From Candidatus Velthaea sp. (lineage in GTDB: Bacteria > Vulcanimicrobiota > Vulcanimicrobiia > Vulcanimicrobiales > Vulcanimicrobiaceae): a stretch of 26,601 nt of DNA. The notes under the pieces were generated by a model. The model worked only from the letters and a program-made list of their open reading frames with translations, was not told the origin of the DNA and did no database searches. The stretch lies in contig CBDCCS010000023.1 of NCBI GenBank assembly GCA_965214935.1, forward strand, positions 1-26,601, read 5' to 3'. Both the position numbers and the translations under genes were made by a program. This document shows, in pieces, positions 8,619 to 18,000 of the stretch. How positions within the stretch are numbered: the stretch's first letter is position 1; each line of letters starts with the position of its first letter.

Positions 8619-10908
8619 TTATAAAGCCGTCGTCAGCCGCACGACGATACGCCGTCCGGCCGCCCATTGAGTCGTGTTGAATCCGTTATTGACCTTGATG
8701 AGGTACTGATGGTTAAACAAATTTTCCGCCACGACTTCAAGCCCCAGCCGGTGCGTTCGGGCATCGGAAAGGCGACCGAATGACGCGTTGACGATGAGAT
8801 GCTCCGGTAAGTTCCCAGACGATCCGTCCTGAAATGTGACGGGATACCCGGTGCCATATTCTGGTTCAAGCGTAACGTACAAGCTGTGATCGCTTGAAAA
8901 CCGATGCGTGTACGCGGCGTTGATGGCGACAGCTTGGTCGTGATCTTCAGGATTGAGGGTCAGATCGGACACGGCGTCGGGCGCAAACAAAAAAGTGCTG
9001 CCCGATATGCCGCCCGCAAGCGACTCGGAAAGCGTCGTTGAAAGATAGAAACTGTCGCGAACGGCATCACTTTGGAGGCGAAACTCAAGTCCATGTGCAT
9101 GGCCGATCGAGTTGTTGAAAACGGCGAAGAGTGGCGTGTTCAGGAGTTGTGTCGTGTCGAGCACGTTGGTAACGTTACGTTGCCAGGCGTTTGCATAGAC
9201 TGATAAGCCGGGGTGGTACGTATGCGCGATGCCGAACTCGACATAACTATCGTGTTCGGGCTTGAGATCGTAGGGCGGGTTCGCATCGGCCGTCGTTTGG
9301 GTCACGATGGCATCGCGCCGCGTATCTTCGAGCGACGGAGCGGCGTACAGGCGCCCGAAGTACGCGTGAAAAACCGTTGCACGATCGAACGAGTAATTGA
9401 CTTCAGCGCGCGGACTGAGCTGTCCGCCGGCGACAAAGCCGGTCGAATGATCGAAGCGCAAACCGTAGTTCACTGCAACGTGCTGACCCAACGCCCAACG
9501 GTCCCTGCAAATACGCACCGAAGAGCGTTCCCGCTTGCGCAACGTCGGATGTCTGACGGCCGGCGTTATTCGCTAATTCGATGAAGCCCGCATCGCTATA
9601 ATTCTCGCGCGATACGTCGATACCGGCCTTGAAGGCATGAATGTCGCTGGATCGACTTACCGATGTGCGCAGGCCAAGGTTGTTGACGCGTTGATCTTGC
9701 TGTAGGCCGTTCTGCAACAACACGCCGCCATTGCCGTCAGGTAGTGTTGCCAGCACGTCGCGCGCGATATCGCCGTCGTACGCTACGCGTGACGAGCGTA
9801 GCCAGGGCACCACCTGCACCGATCCTAGCCCATCGTCGGAGATATGGGTAAACGACGCACTCACGAAGCGGTCGTACTCGCGTTGCACGTCGTCGGTTCC
9901 CGGCGCTGAGACGAACGCATTGTTCGGGTCGTACGGATTCGTATTGATCGGGATTTGATATGCGGCGAACTGGTTTGACAGATCGAACGCGACCTGATTG
10001 CCGCGACCGGCGGGCGCCACCACGCGCAAGAACTGGTCGCTTAAACTCGATTGGTCGTGGGTCAACTCGCTGTCCGGAGTCGGCGCATCGAGACCGCGAT
10101 TCGAGCGCACCTCATTAGCCGAGAACGAGATCCCGGCCGAACCGACATGAAAGCTTTCGTTCAAGCGTCCTTCGGCAGTACCGTAGCTGCCCGCCCCCAG
10201 CGTGAAACTGCCGACGGGCGGCCCGCTGAGCACCGGCGGTCGCGAGATGATGTTGACGACGGCGCCCATGCGTTGTCCACCGTATTCGGCCGGAAACGCG
10301 CCGGTAAAGACTTCGACGGCTTGAACGTTGCGCGGATCGACAAGCTCCGAAAAATTCGAGCTCGTGCTTTGCGGCAACGGAGCACCGTCGAGTTCATAAG
10401 TTAGTCCGTGGTAGCCGTGCGCGACCGGTTCGTCATATGAAAAGCGCACGACGCCGGGAACGCTCTGCACGAGCGCATTGAGCGAATCGCCGCGCGGCAA
10501 AGTCGCGATACTGCCCGGCAAGATCGCGTTCTCCGAGACAGGCGTGCCGCGAACCCCACGGGTACCCCCGCTCACTTGACCGATCGTTCTGAGCGCCGCG
10601 TCGGCAGTCAAGGCGACGGTTGTGACGGCACCCGTAGCGACGTCGACGTCGGCCACGGCCGGCGACCCGCCGACGTTGGTGTGCAGCGAATAGTGGCCGA
10701 ACGGGACGCGCGCGAAAAGAAAGTGGCCGTTGCGATCGGTGGTCACGGCTTGGGCGAATCGATCGCCGTAAAGGTGCACGACGGTTTGAGCGACGCCGTG
10801 CCCAGCGCGGGCCACGGTTCCAGATATGGTGCCGACGGAATCGGCAAGCGCCGGTGCCGCACACGCGACAACGATCGCGCATGCCGCCGGCATGACGAAG
10901 CGAAACAT
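8619..10908 (-). CDS. TonB-dependent receptor 2 with N-terminal carboxypeptidase-regulatory-like domain, apparent frameshift near 9504
   Basis: Signal peptide; GTISGTV...TDRNGHFLF...PFGHY domain; plug VPGVV, HGYHGLTYELDG and VEVFTGAFPAEYG; AYLQ|DRWAL...NYGLRFD; LSPR, LKPE, DHDQ and ENLFN; terminal strand RRIVVRLTTAL. Confidence 0.87.
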
Positions 10909-10911
10909 AAT

Positions 10912-10970
10912 CCCTCACAAAGAACGATAGTTAAACAGCGAAAACCGAGAAACGCTGTCCGTTCGGAGGG
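10912..10970 (-). promoter_or_regulatory. Predicted mRNA hairpin sequestering the Shine-Dalgarno of TonB receptor 2
   Basis: mRNA pairings CCCUC/GAGGG, GAACG/CGUUC and GACAGCG/CGCUGUU. The 5' arm lies in the Ala-Pro-Pro codons of the upstream ORF. Confidence 0.65.
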
Positions 10971-11506
10971 GCGCGTCCGAAACGTCGCGCGGTACGCGCG
11001 ACCCCACGACGCAGTGGGCAAACATCGGAAGGAAAGAGCCGAGTCGCGCGCTCGCGGCGTTCGAGCCGTTCGAGCCAGTCGCGCAACAAATCCGCCACGA
11101 ACAGCGCGAACAGCGCGGTACTCCGGCGTAGCGCATAGGCTAGGAGAATCGCGAGCGCCGCAAGCACGAGCGTCGGCAAGCCAATTTCGATTCCGTTGCC
11201 CTCGATCGCTTCGATGCCATAATACAAGCTCGCCGCGACGAAAAAGACAATGGGTGCACCGGGAATGATCTGCCGCGCGCGCGCGGCCGCGATAGTTCCC
11301 GTCGTGGTCGTGGTGCTGCCGGTGAGAAACGCGCGGACGATCAGCATCGCGATGGCGACTACGCCGCCGACGGTTGCCGCCACGAGCGTCTCGCTCGCAC
11401 CACCGCCGAAGGCGTGGTCGTCACCAAAGCGGACGAAGTGCGTCGCAATGGCAACGCAGCTGCCACACGGAATAGCGAAAGCGAACCGGCGAAACGCACC
11501 CCGCAT
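10931..11506 (-). CDS. Multi-pass membrane leader protein with CxxC and C-terminal RAPP motif (putative arrest-peptide regulator)
   Basis: GGAG precedes ATG 11506; 191 aa; about four hydrophobic segments; CGSC and H..H near the N-terminus; RRFGRAPP 10 codons before the stop; ends 22 nt upstream of the receptor ATG. Confidence 0.72.
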   Translation of the reverse strand: MRGAFRRFAFAIPCGSCVAIATHFVRFGDDHAFGGGASETLVAATVGGVVAIAMLIVRAFLTGSTTTTTGTIAAARARQIIPGAPIVFFVAASLYYGIEAIEGNGIEIGLPTLVLAALAILLAYALRRSTALFALFVADLLRDWLERLERRERATRLFPSDVCPLRRGVARTARRFGRAPPNGQRFSVFAV

Positions 11507-11654
11507 GTGCGTGCTCCATTCGCGGTTCGTTGCAGGGTGAACTGCCGCCGGGCCGGGGAATCGCTCGCAGACGCCGAGCCGATGCAACGCCGGATGCGAA
11601 CGCGACGGCGCAAGACACCATGACACGCCGGGCTCGGCGGGGTACGATAGCGGC

Positions 11655-12602
11655 ATGACCATCGTCAAAGCCCAGTTTCCCGACGAGCAGTCGCAGACCG
11701 GCGCCTTCGTCCGCCAAGACGACGCGTTCCGGGACTGGGTGACCGCCGATGGCCGGTCAGGCTATCCCGCCGCCCGCGGGCGCTATCACCTGTACGTTTC
11801 GCTGGCGTGTCCCTGGGCGCATCGAACGATCGTCGTGCGCCGGATCAAACGGCTGGAAGACACGATCGGGATGTCGGTCGTCGATCCGATTCGCGACGAG
11901 CTCGGTTGGGCGTTTCGTGACGTACCCGGCGCGGGGCCCGATCCGATCAACGGATTCGGCTACTTGAGCGAGGCCTATACGGCCACTAAGCCGGACTACG
12001 CGGGGCGCGTCACCGTACCGGTTCTCTGGGATCGGCAAACCGGCCGGATCGTCTCGAATTCCGATGACGACATCATGCGCATGTTCGAGACGGAATTCAA
12101 TGCGTTTGGCGATCCGGCACCCGATCTGTATCCAGCGGCGCACCGGACCGAGATCGACGAGCTCAACGAAGTACTCTATCAAACGCTGAACAACGGAGTG
12201 TACCGCGCCGGATTCGCGACGGCCCAAGACGCTTACGCCGAATCCGCTTACCGCGTGTTCGAGACACTCGATACGATCGAGCAGCGGCTGTCAACGCGAC
12301 GGTATTTATTCGGCGCCGCACCGGTCGAAACGGATTGGCGACTATTCGTGACGCTGGTTCGCTTCGACGCGGTATACTACGGGCATTTCAAGTGCAATCT
12401 CCGCCGCATCGTCGACTACCCGAACCTGTGGGGGTATCTGCGCGATCTCTACGGGTTCGATGGCGTGGGCGACACGGTCGATCTCGATCACATCAAGCGT
12501 CACTATTACGCAACGCACGACGACATCAATCCGACTCGGATCGTTCCCGTTGGACCAGTGCTCGATTTTAGCACCGCCCACGGCAGAGAGCGCCTCGCGT
12601 AA
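11655..12602 (+). CDS. yqjG: Glutathionyl-hydroquinone reductase (GST Xi/omega-like, YqjG family)
   Basis: Motifs RYHLYVSLACPWAHR, GRVTVPVLWD, NNGVYRAGFA, RFDAVYYGHFKCN, HIKRHYY and INPTRIVPVGP. Confidence 0.93.
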   Translation: MTIVKAQFPDEQSQTGAFVRQDDAFRDWVTADGRSGYPAARGRYHLYVSLACPWAHRTIVVRRIKRLEDTIGMSVVDPIRDELGWAFRDVPGAGPDPINGFGYLSEAYTATKPDYAGRVTVPVLWDRQTGRIVSNSDDDIMRMFETEFNAFGDPAPDLYPAAHRTEIDELNEVLYQTLNNGVYRAGFATAQDAYAESAYRVFETLDTIEQRLSTRRYLFGAAPVETDWRLFVTLVRFDAVYYGHFKCNLRRIVDYPNLWGYLRDLYGFDGVGDTVDLDHIKRHYYATHDDINPTRIVPVGPVLDFSTAHGRERLA

Positions 12603-12741
12603 CGAACGCTAATTCAGCGCGAATAAACGGATTTTCCGCCCCGGCGCGGTCCGTGAAACGACGTATCGACATGGAGCGGTTACGTTCGGCTGCGCCCGCC
12701 CATTCGTCGTCGCGTAGCGGGTAGACCGCCACCCTCCGAAG

Positions 12742-13143
12742 CTAAACGATCGCTCCCGTCCGCTTTTCCAACAGCTCGACGGGAATGCCGTTGGGATCTT
12801 CGATGAAGGCGATGGCGCGCGAGCCGCCGGGAGACTTTTTCGGCTCGCGCGTTATTTTAACGCCTTTGGCGCGGATCTTCTCGATGTAACCGGCGAGATC
12901 GTCATCGTCGATCTCGATGGCCAAATGTTCGTAGCGATTGCCGATACCGTACGGATCGTGCGCTTCGAGATCGTAGACCAGCTCGATGTACGAGTTCCAG
13001 TCCTCGCCCACGAACGCCATATCGGCATTTCCGGGATAGTGGTGGGGGCCGCCAAGCAACTTGAGCCCCAGCTTTTCGGTGTAAAAGTCGAGCGACTCGT
13101 GCATGTCGTTGACGAAGATGGACGTATGCAAATAGCGCGGCAT
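12742..13143 (-). CDS. gloA: Lactoylglutathione lyase (glyoxalase I, VOC family, short type)
   Basis: Motifs YLHTSIFVND, FYTEKLG, IELVY, GNRYEHLAI and IAFIEDPNGIPVELLE; the H/E/H/E metal ligands are present. Confidence 0.78.
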   Translation of the reverse strand: MPRYLHTSIFVNDMHESLDFYTEKLGLKLLGGPHHYPGNADMAFVGEDWNSYIELVYDLEAHDPYGIGNRYEHLAIEIDDDDLAGYIEKIRAKGVKITREPKKSPGGSRAIAFIEDPNGIPVELLEKRTGAIV

Positions 13144-13192
13144 GCTCGAAGCCTACCACGTCTCGCGGCGGCGTTCCAGGCGCCGGCTCAAA

Positions 13193-13480
13193 TTAGCCGG
13201 CGGCGGCCAACCGGGCCAGCGCGAACGGTGCCGTCAGCGCCGCGCCGGCAAGATACATCGCAACGAACACGGCGGCGTTCCGGAGCGCGCCGAAGCCGAA
13301 GATCGCCAGCACGATCGGAGCGACGGTCACCGCGGTCGCCACGACGGCGTGCGGCCCCTGCAACACATCGACCGCGTCGAGTCCGGCGCGCACCCAAAAG
13401 TATTCCGCGATGCGCGCCGGGATGCCGATGAACAACGCGTAACCGACGATGCGGACCACGAATGCGATGAAGGCGCCCAT
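13193..13480 (-). CDS. Small hypothetical membrane protein (95 aa, about 3 TM)
   Basis: Three hydrophobic segments; ATG immediately follows the purH stop (TAAATG). Confidence 0.7.
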   Translation of the reverse strand: MGAFIAFVVRIVGYALFIGIPARIAEYFWVRAGLDAVDVLQGPHAVVATAVTVAPIVLAIFGFGALRNAAVFVAMYLAGAALTAPFALARLAAAG

Positions 13481-15052
13481 TTAGTGCAGAAAGTATCGAT
13501 ACGTTGAAAATACGAGCGCGATATTGTGCTCGTTGGCCGCGGCAATGACTTCTCGATCGCGAATCGAGCCGCTGGGCGCGATAACTGCGGTAACACCGGC
13601 CTCGGCTGCCGCAATCAAGCCGTCGGGAAACGGAAAGAATCCATCACTGGCACACGCCGCCCCGGCCGCGAATGCCCCGGCCCGGTCGCCCGCAATGCGC
13701 ACCGCACTCACGCGATTGGTTTGGCCGGCGCAGATGCCGCGGGTTATGCCGTCTCGGACGATCGTAACGCCGTTGGACTTAACGTGGCGCACGGTATCCC
13801 ACGCGAAAACGAGATCGTTCCATTGCGTCGCCGTGGGCTGCCGCTCGCCCGCGACATGCCAGCGTTCGGGCTCGGCCTGCGGATCGTCGTCTTCGGCCAA
13901 CACCCCGCCGAGCGCCGAACGCACGCGCAACTCCTGAGCGATTCGCTCGGGCAGACCCGGACTAAACTGCATGATGCGCAAATTCTTTTTTTTCCGTAAA
14001 CGCGCCAAGGCATCGGCGCTGAACGCCGGCGCGGCGACGATTTCGAGAAAGAACTCAGCGAGGATGTTGGCCGCCTCGAGATCGACCTCGCCGTCAACCG
14101 CGATGATACCGCCGAAGGCCGACACCGGATCGGCGTCGAGTGCCTCGCGCACGGCTCGCGCAACCGACGGCCGCTGGGCGACGCCGCAGGGCACGGTGTG
14201 TTTCACGATCGCGGCGCGCGTCACCGGCGGCGCGGCCGGCAGCGGTATGCCCAGCGGCGCTCGGACCAACAGCCGCAGTGTCGCATCGAGATCGAGTAAG
14301 TTATTATACGAAAGCGTCTTGCCCCACAACTGATTGGGAAGCTTCGCTTCGCGGGCCAAATAAAAAGCCGCGCGGTCCTGCGGGTTCTCACCATAGCGTA
14401 ATGACTGCTCGATCGGAATGGTCAGCGCCAGCGAACCCGGCAGATCGTTCACCAGTAGTCCGGCCTCTAAATAGCGGGCGATCGCGCTGTCGTATTCGGC
14501 CGTCCGCTCGAACGCGCGCGTCGCCAGCGTCCGCCGCACATCGACGTCGGGGCCGCCGGCCGGCAGCGCCGCCGCGAACGCGGGATACTGCGCCGGGTCG
14601 CTCAACACGCTAACGTGCGTGTAATTTTTCGCCGCCGCTCGCAAGAGCGCCACGCCGCCGATGTCGATTTGCTCGATCGCTTCTTCGATGGTCGCGCCGT
14701 CGCGCGCGACCGTCGCCTCGAACGGATATAAATTCACGATCACGGTGCCGATCGATGGGACGCCGTACCGTTCGGCCTCGGCAACGTGCTCGGGATTGGA
14801 ACGATCGGCTAAAATACCGCCGAATATATTGGGATGCAACGTCTTCACCCGGCCGTCGAAGAGCGACGGAAAACCGGTTAAGTCGCCGACGTCGGCGGCC
14901 GTGATACCGGCCGCATCGAGATAGCGGCGCGTTCCGCCGGTCGCGTAAATCGCAACGCCGGCGGCCCGCAGCGCCGCGGCAAGCTCCGTAATGCCGGTGC
15001 GATCGTGCACCGAAATGAGCGCCGCGCCGGCCGGCGTCGCAGTCGCCGGCAT
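13481..15052 (-). CDS. purH: Bifunctional AICAR transformylase / IMP cyclohydrolase
   Basis: Motifs ALISV, ATGGT, GRVKTLHP, NLYPF, IDIGG, LRYGENPQ, LSYNN, KH..PCGVA, SAFGG, VKSN and ASDGFFPF. Confidence 0.96.
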   Translation of the reverse strand: MPATATPAGAALISVHDRTGITELAAALRAAGVAIYATGGTRRYLDAAGITAADVGDLTGFPSLFDGRVKTLHPNIFGGILADRSNPEHVAEAERYGVPSIGTVIVNLYPFEATVARDGATIEEAIEQIDIGGVALLRAAAKNYTHVSVLSDPAQYPAFAAALPAGGPDVDVRRTLATRAFERTAEYDSAIARYLEAGLLVNDLPGSLALTIPIEQSLRYGENPQDRAAFYLAREAKLPNQLWGKTLSYNNLLDLDATLRLLVRAPLGIPLPAAPPVTRAAIVKHTVPCGVAQRPSVARAVREALDADPVSAFGGIIAVDGEVDLEAANILAEFFLEIVAAPAFSADALARLRKKKNLRIMQFSPGLPERIAQELRVRSALGGVLAEDDDPQAEPERWHVAGERQPTATQWNDLVFAWDTVRHVKSNGVTIVRDGITRGICAGQTNRVSAVRIAGDRAGAFAAGAACASDGFFPFPDGLIAAAEAGVTAVIAPSGSIRDREVIAAANEHNIALVFSTYRYFLH

Positions 15053-15059
15053 GGCCACG

Positions 15060-18000
15060 CTATGAGACAAGGACGGGTTCGCGTACGTCATCGATCTCCG
15101 GATGCGGCGCATTAGGCTGCGAGTCGAGGGTCGCGGAAATGATTGAGCTCACGCCCGGTTCAGCCATCGTTACCCCATACATGCGAGCCGCCAGCTCCAT
15201 CGTTTTCTTATTGTGGGTGACCACCAAAATTTGGGCCGCCGACGCGACTTCGCGAATCATCGCTGAAAGCCGGTCGACATTCGCGTCGTCGAGCGCCGCG
15301 TCGACTTCGTCGAGCAGATAAAACGGCGACGGCTTCACCCGAATCAAAGCGAAGATCAACGCCGCTGCGGTCATCGCACGTTCACCGCCCGAAAGTGCCG
15401 GGAGCGCGGTCATCTTCTTACCCGGCGGCGCGACCGAAATCTCGACCCCGGTGTCGGACAAGTTGTCCGGATTCGTCTGCCACATTTTGGCTTGGCCGCC
15501 GGGAAACAGCCGGGCGAACATCGCCTCGAACTGCACGCGCACCGCTTCAAACGTTTGGTTGAAGACGGTCTGACACGCGGTCTCGATCTCGCGAATCGTT
15601 GCAAGCAGCGTTTCACGTGCGCGGCTCAGATCGTCCATTTGAGTTCGCAGATGCGTTTCACGCTCGGCTAGCTCCGCCCGATCCGCTTCGGCATTGAGAT
15701 TCACGTTCGCGAGCCGCGCTAATTCCTCGCGCAGTCGCGGCAATTCGCCGCTCACGTCGGCGGGCTCCGCCGCATAGCGTTCGGCGACGTCGCGCTGCTC
15801 GTCATCGGTCGCCGGATTCTGGGCGAAATTGGCTTGCAGCATTCCCAGCTCGGCGTCAATCTCAGCCAGCCGCCGGCGGTGCTCTTGCGCCGCCTGTGTC
15901 GCTTCACGCTCGTCGCGTTGCGCGCCGCGCTCGGCGGCCTCTTTCTGAGCTGCGGCGTCGCCCTGCGCTTCGCGCTCGCGGCGCGCCGCCGCGACCGCCG
16001 CGTCGGCACCGGCAACCGCTTCACGCACGAGCGCAATCTGCGTTTGCAGTCCGGCGATTTGCCCATCCAAGCCGTCCAGTTCGACCAGCATCTGCTCGCG
16101 CGCGGCGCCGGCGCGCTCGGCATTGGCATCGAGCAGACCCAGCCGCGTGAGCGCGCCTTCGCGCTGCGCACCCAGCGCCGCGATCTCTTCGCGAACTCCA
16201 CTCGCCGCGGCGACAACGGCCGCTTGCGCGGCTTCAACTTCGGCAATCCGCGCGCGGGCCGCCGCTAGCGCCCCTTCAAGCTGCGTGCGCTGCTCGCTCA
16301 AATCGACCGAATCATCGGTTAAATTTTCGAGCGCATGCAGCCGGGCCGCGACTTCGTCGCGCCGGACCTGCATCGTGGTCGCGCGCTGTCCGGCGCCGGC
16401 GTGCTCCGCTTCGAGCCGGCTAATGTCGACGGCCAGCGATTGTAATTGCGTGCGCACGTCGCGCAACGCGACCTCCGCGGCACCGCCGGCCTGTAACGCC
16501 CCTTCGCGTTCGATCGCGCAGGCCGCGACGACCGAGCGCGCGGCGTTGCCGTCACGTTCGACCGTCTCGAGTTCCGCGCGCAGCTCCGGAAGTTGCTCGC
16601 GTAAGGCTTGAGCCTGAGCGCGTCGGGCCAAGATCGAGCGCTCGCGCCGGTAGCGACCGCCGGTGATCGCGCCGCCGCCCAAGATCTGTTCGCCGTCGAG
16701 CGTCACGATCGAATCGCGAAAGCCCTCGCCGCGAACGAGCCGGATACCGGTGGCTAACACATCGACGACCAGAATGCGGCCGACCAAAAACGCCACGATG
16801 CCGGTGTAGGCGCCGGCCGTCCGCACCAGCGTGTGCGCGTAACCGACGACTCCCGGCCGGCCGGCTAAGTCGCGTAGATCGCGACCTTCACGCGTAGCCA
16901 GGGTGTCGAGCGGCAGAAACGTCGCGCGGCCCAACTCGCGTTCGCGGAGATACTGCACCGCGCGTTCGGCATCTTCGGACCGCGCCATCACCAGATTCGA
17001 TAGCCCGGCTCCGAACGCGACATCGAGCGCGCGGGCATAGATCTCGTCCACCTCGATCACGTTCGAAACGACGCCGTGCAAGCCGTGCAACTCACCGCGC
17101 TGCGCCGCTTCGACGACGGCGCGGGTGCCGGGAACATGTCCTTCGAGCGTCGCTTCGAGCTCCTCGATCGTGTGCAGTCGCGCTTGCGCCGAAGCAAGAT
17201 CGTGGGCAATCGCGCGGTAGCGCGTTTGCAGCTGGGCAACGCGCGCCGCGGCAGCGTCGCCGCGCAGCTGCGCATCGAGCGCGAGCTCGCGCTGTTCGGC
17301 GACCTCGGCTTCGCGTGCGCGCACCAGTTCGTCGCGCGCACTCACCGCGGCACGGGCGAGCTCGGCATGCGCGGCATGGTCGGCGCGTTCGGTGCCCAAG
17401 CGCGCGATATCGGCGTCCAGACGTTCGGCGTCGCCGCGAGCGGTCTGGATCTGAGCACGGCGCTCGGCGGCGCTCGCGGCACGTTCCGCCGCGAGCGTCT
17501 CGACGGCGCGTAAGTCGGTGTAGATGCCGTCGAGCCCGGCCCGGGTGTGCGCGACCGCCGCCAGCGCAGCCGTTTCACGCTCGCGCAAGTCATCGGCCCC
17601 GGCGACGAGCGGCGCCAGGCGCACATCCAATTGGGCGGCGGTCGCACGCAGCTCGGCACGCTCGCGCTCGACCCGCTCGCGATCTTCGGACGATGCCGAC
17701 GATTGAGCCACGAGCGCGTCGCGCCGGGCGCCGGCGGCGGCGCATTCGGCCTCGAACCGTGCGAGTTCCGCACGCGCTTTTTGCGCCGCGTCACGCTCGG
17801 TTTCGAGCTGTAGTTCGAGCGTATACAGAGCCGTGCGCAGGACCGATACTTCGGATCCCAGCACCGCTGCTTGGGCTGCGGCAACCGTCCCCTTTTCGTC
17901 GAGCGATCCGACCCGGAGCGCAACGCCGTCACGTTCCTGACGCCGCGATGCAGTCGCACGCAGAAACGCCACTATTTCGAGATCGCGCAATCGCGCCGAC

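Noticed and set aside
1925..9505. Programmed frameshifting or true pseudogenes in gmhA, accB, hisS and receptor 2
   Set aside because: There are no canonical slippery heptamers with stimulators, essential genes are affected, and all breaks are single indels in short homopolymers, which is typical of sequencing error.
4937..11588. Recurring TGCAAC/GTTGCA hexamers upstream of peptide A and the RAPP leader as a shared operator
   Set aside because: Spacings are about 50-60 nt and the orientations differ between the two sites, which is compatible with chance.
4100..11650. Integrative element or prophage
   Set aside because: No integrase, transposase, tRNA or flanking direct repeats were seen.
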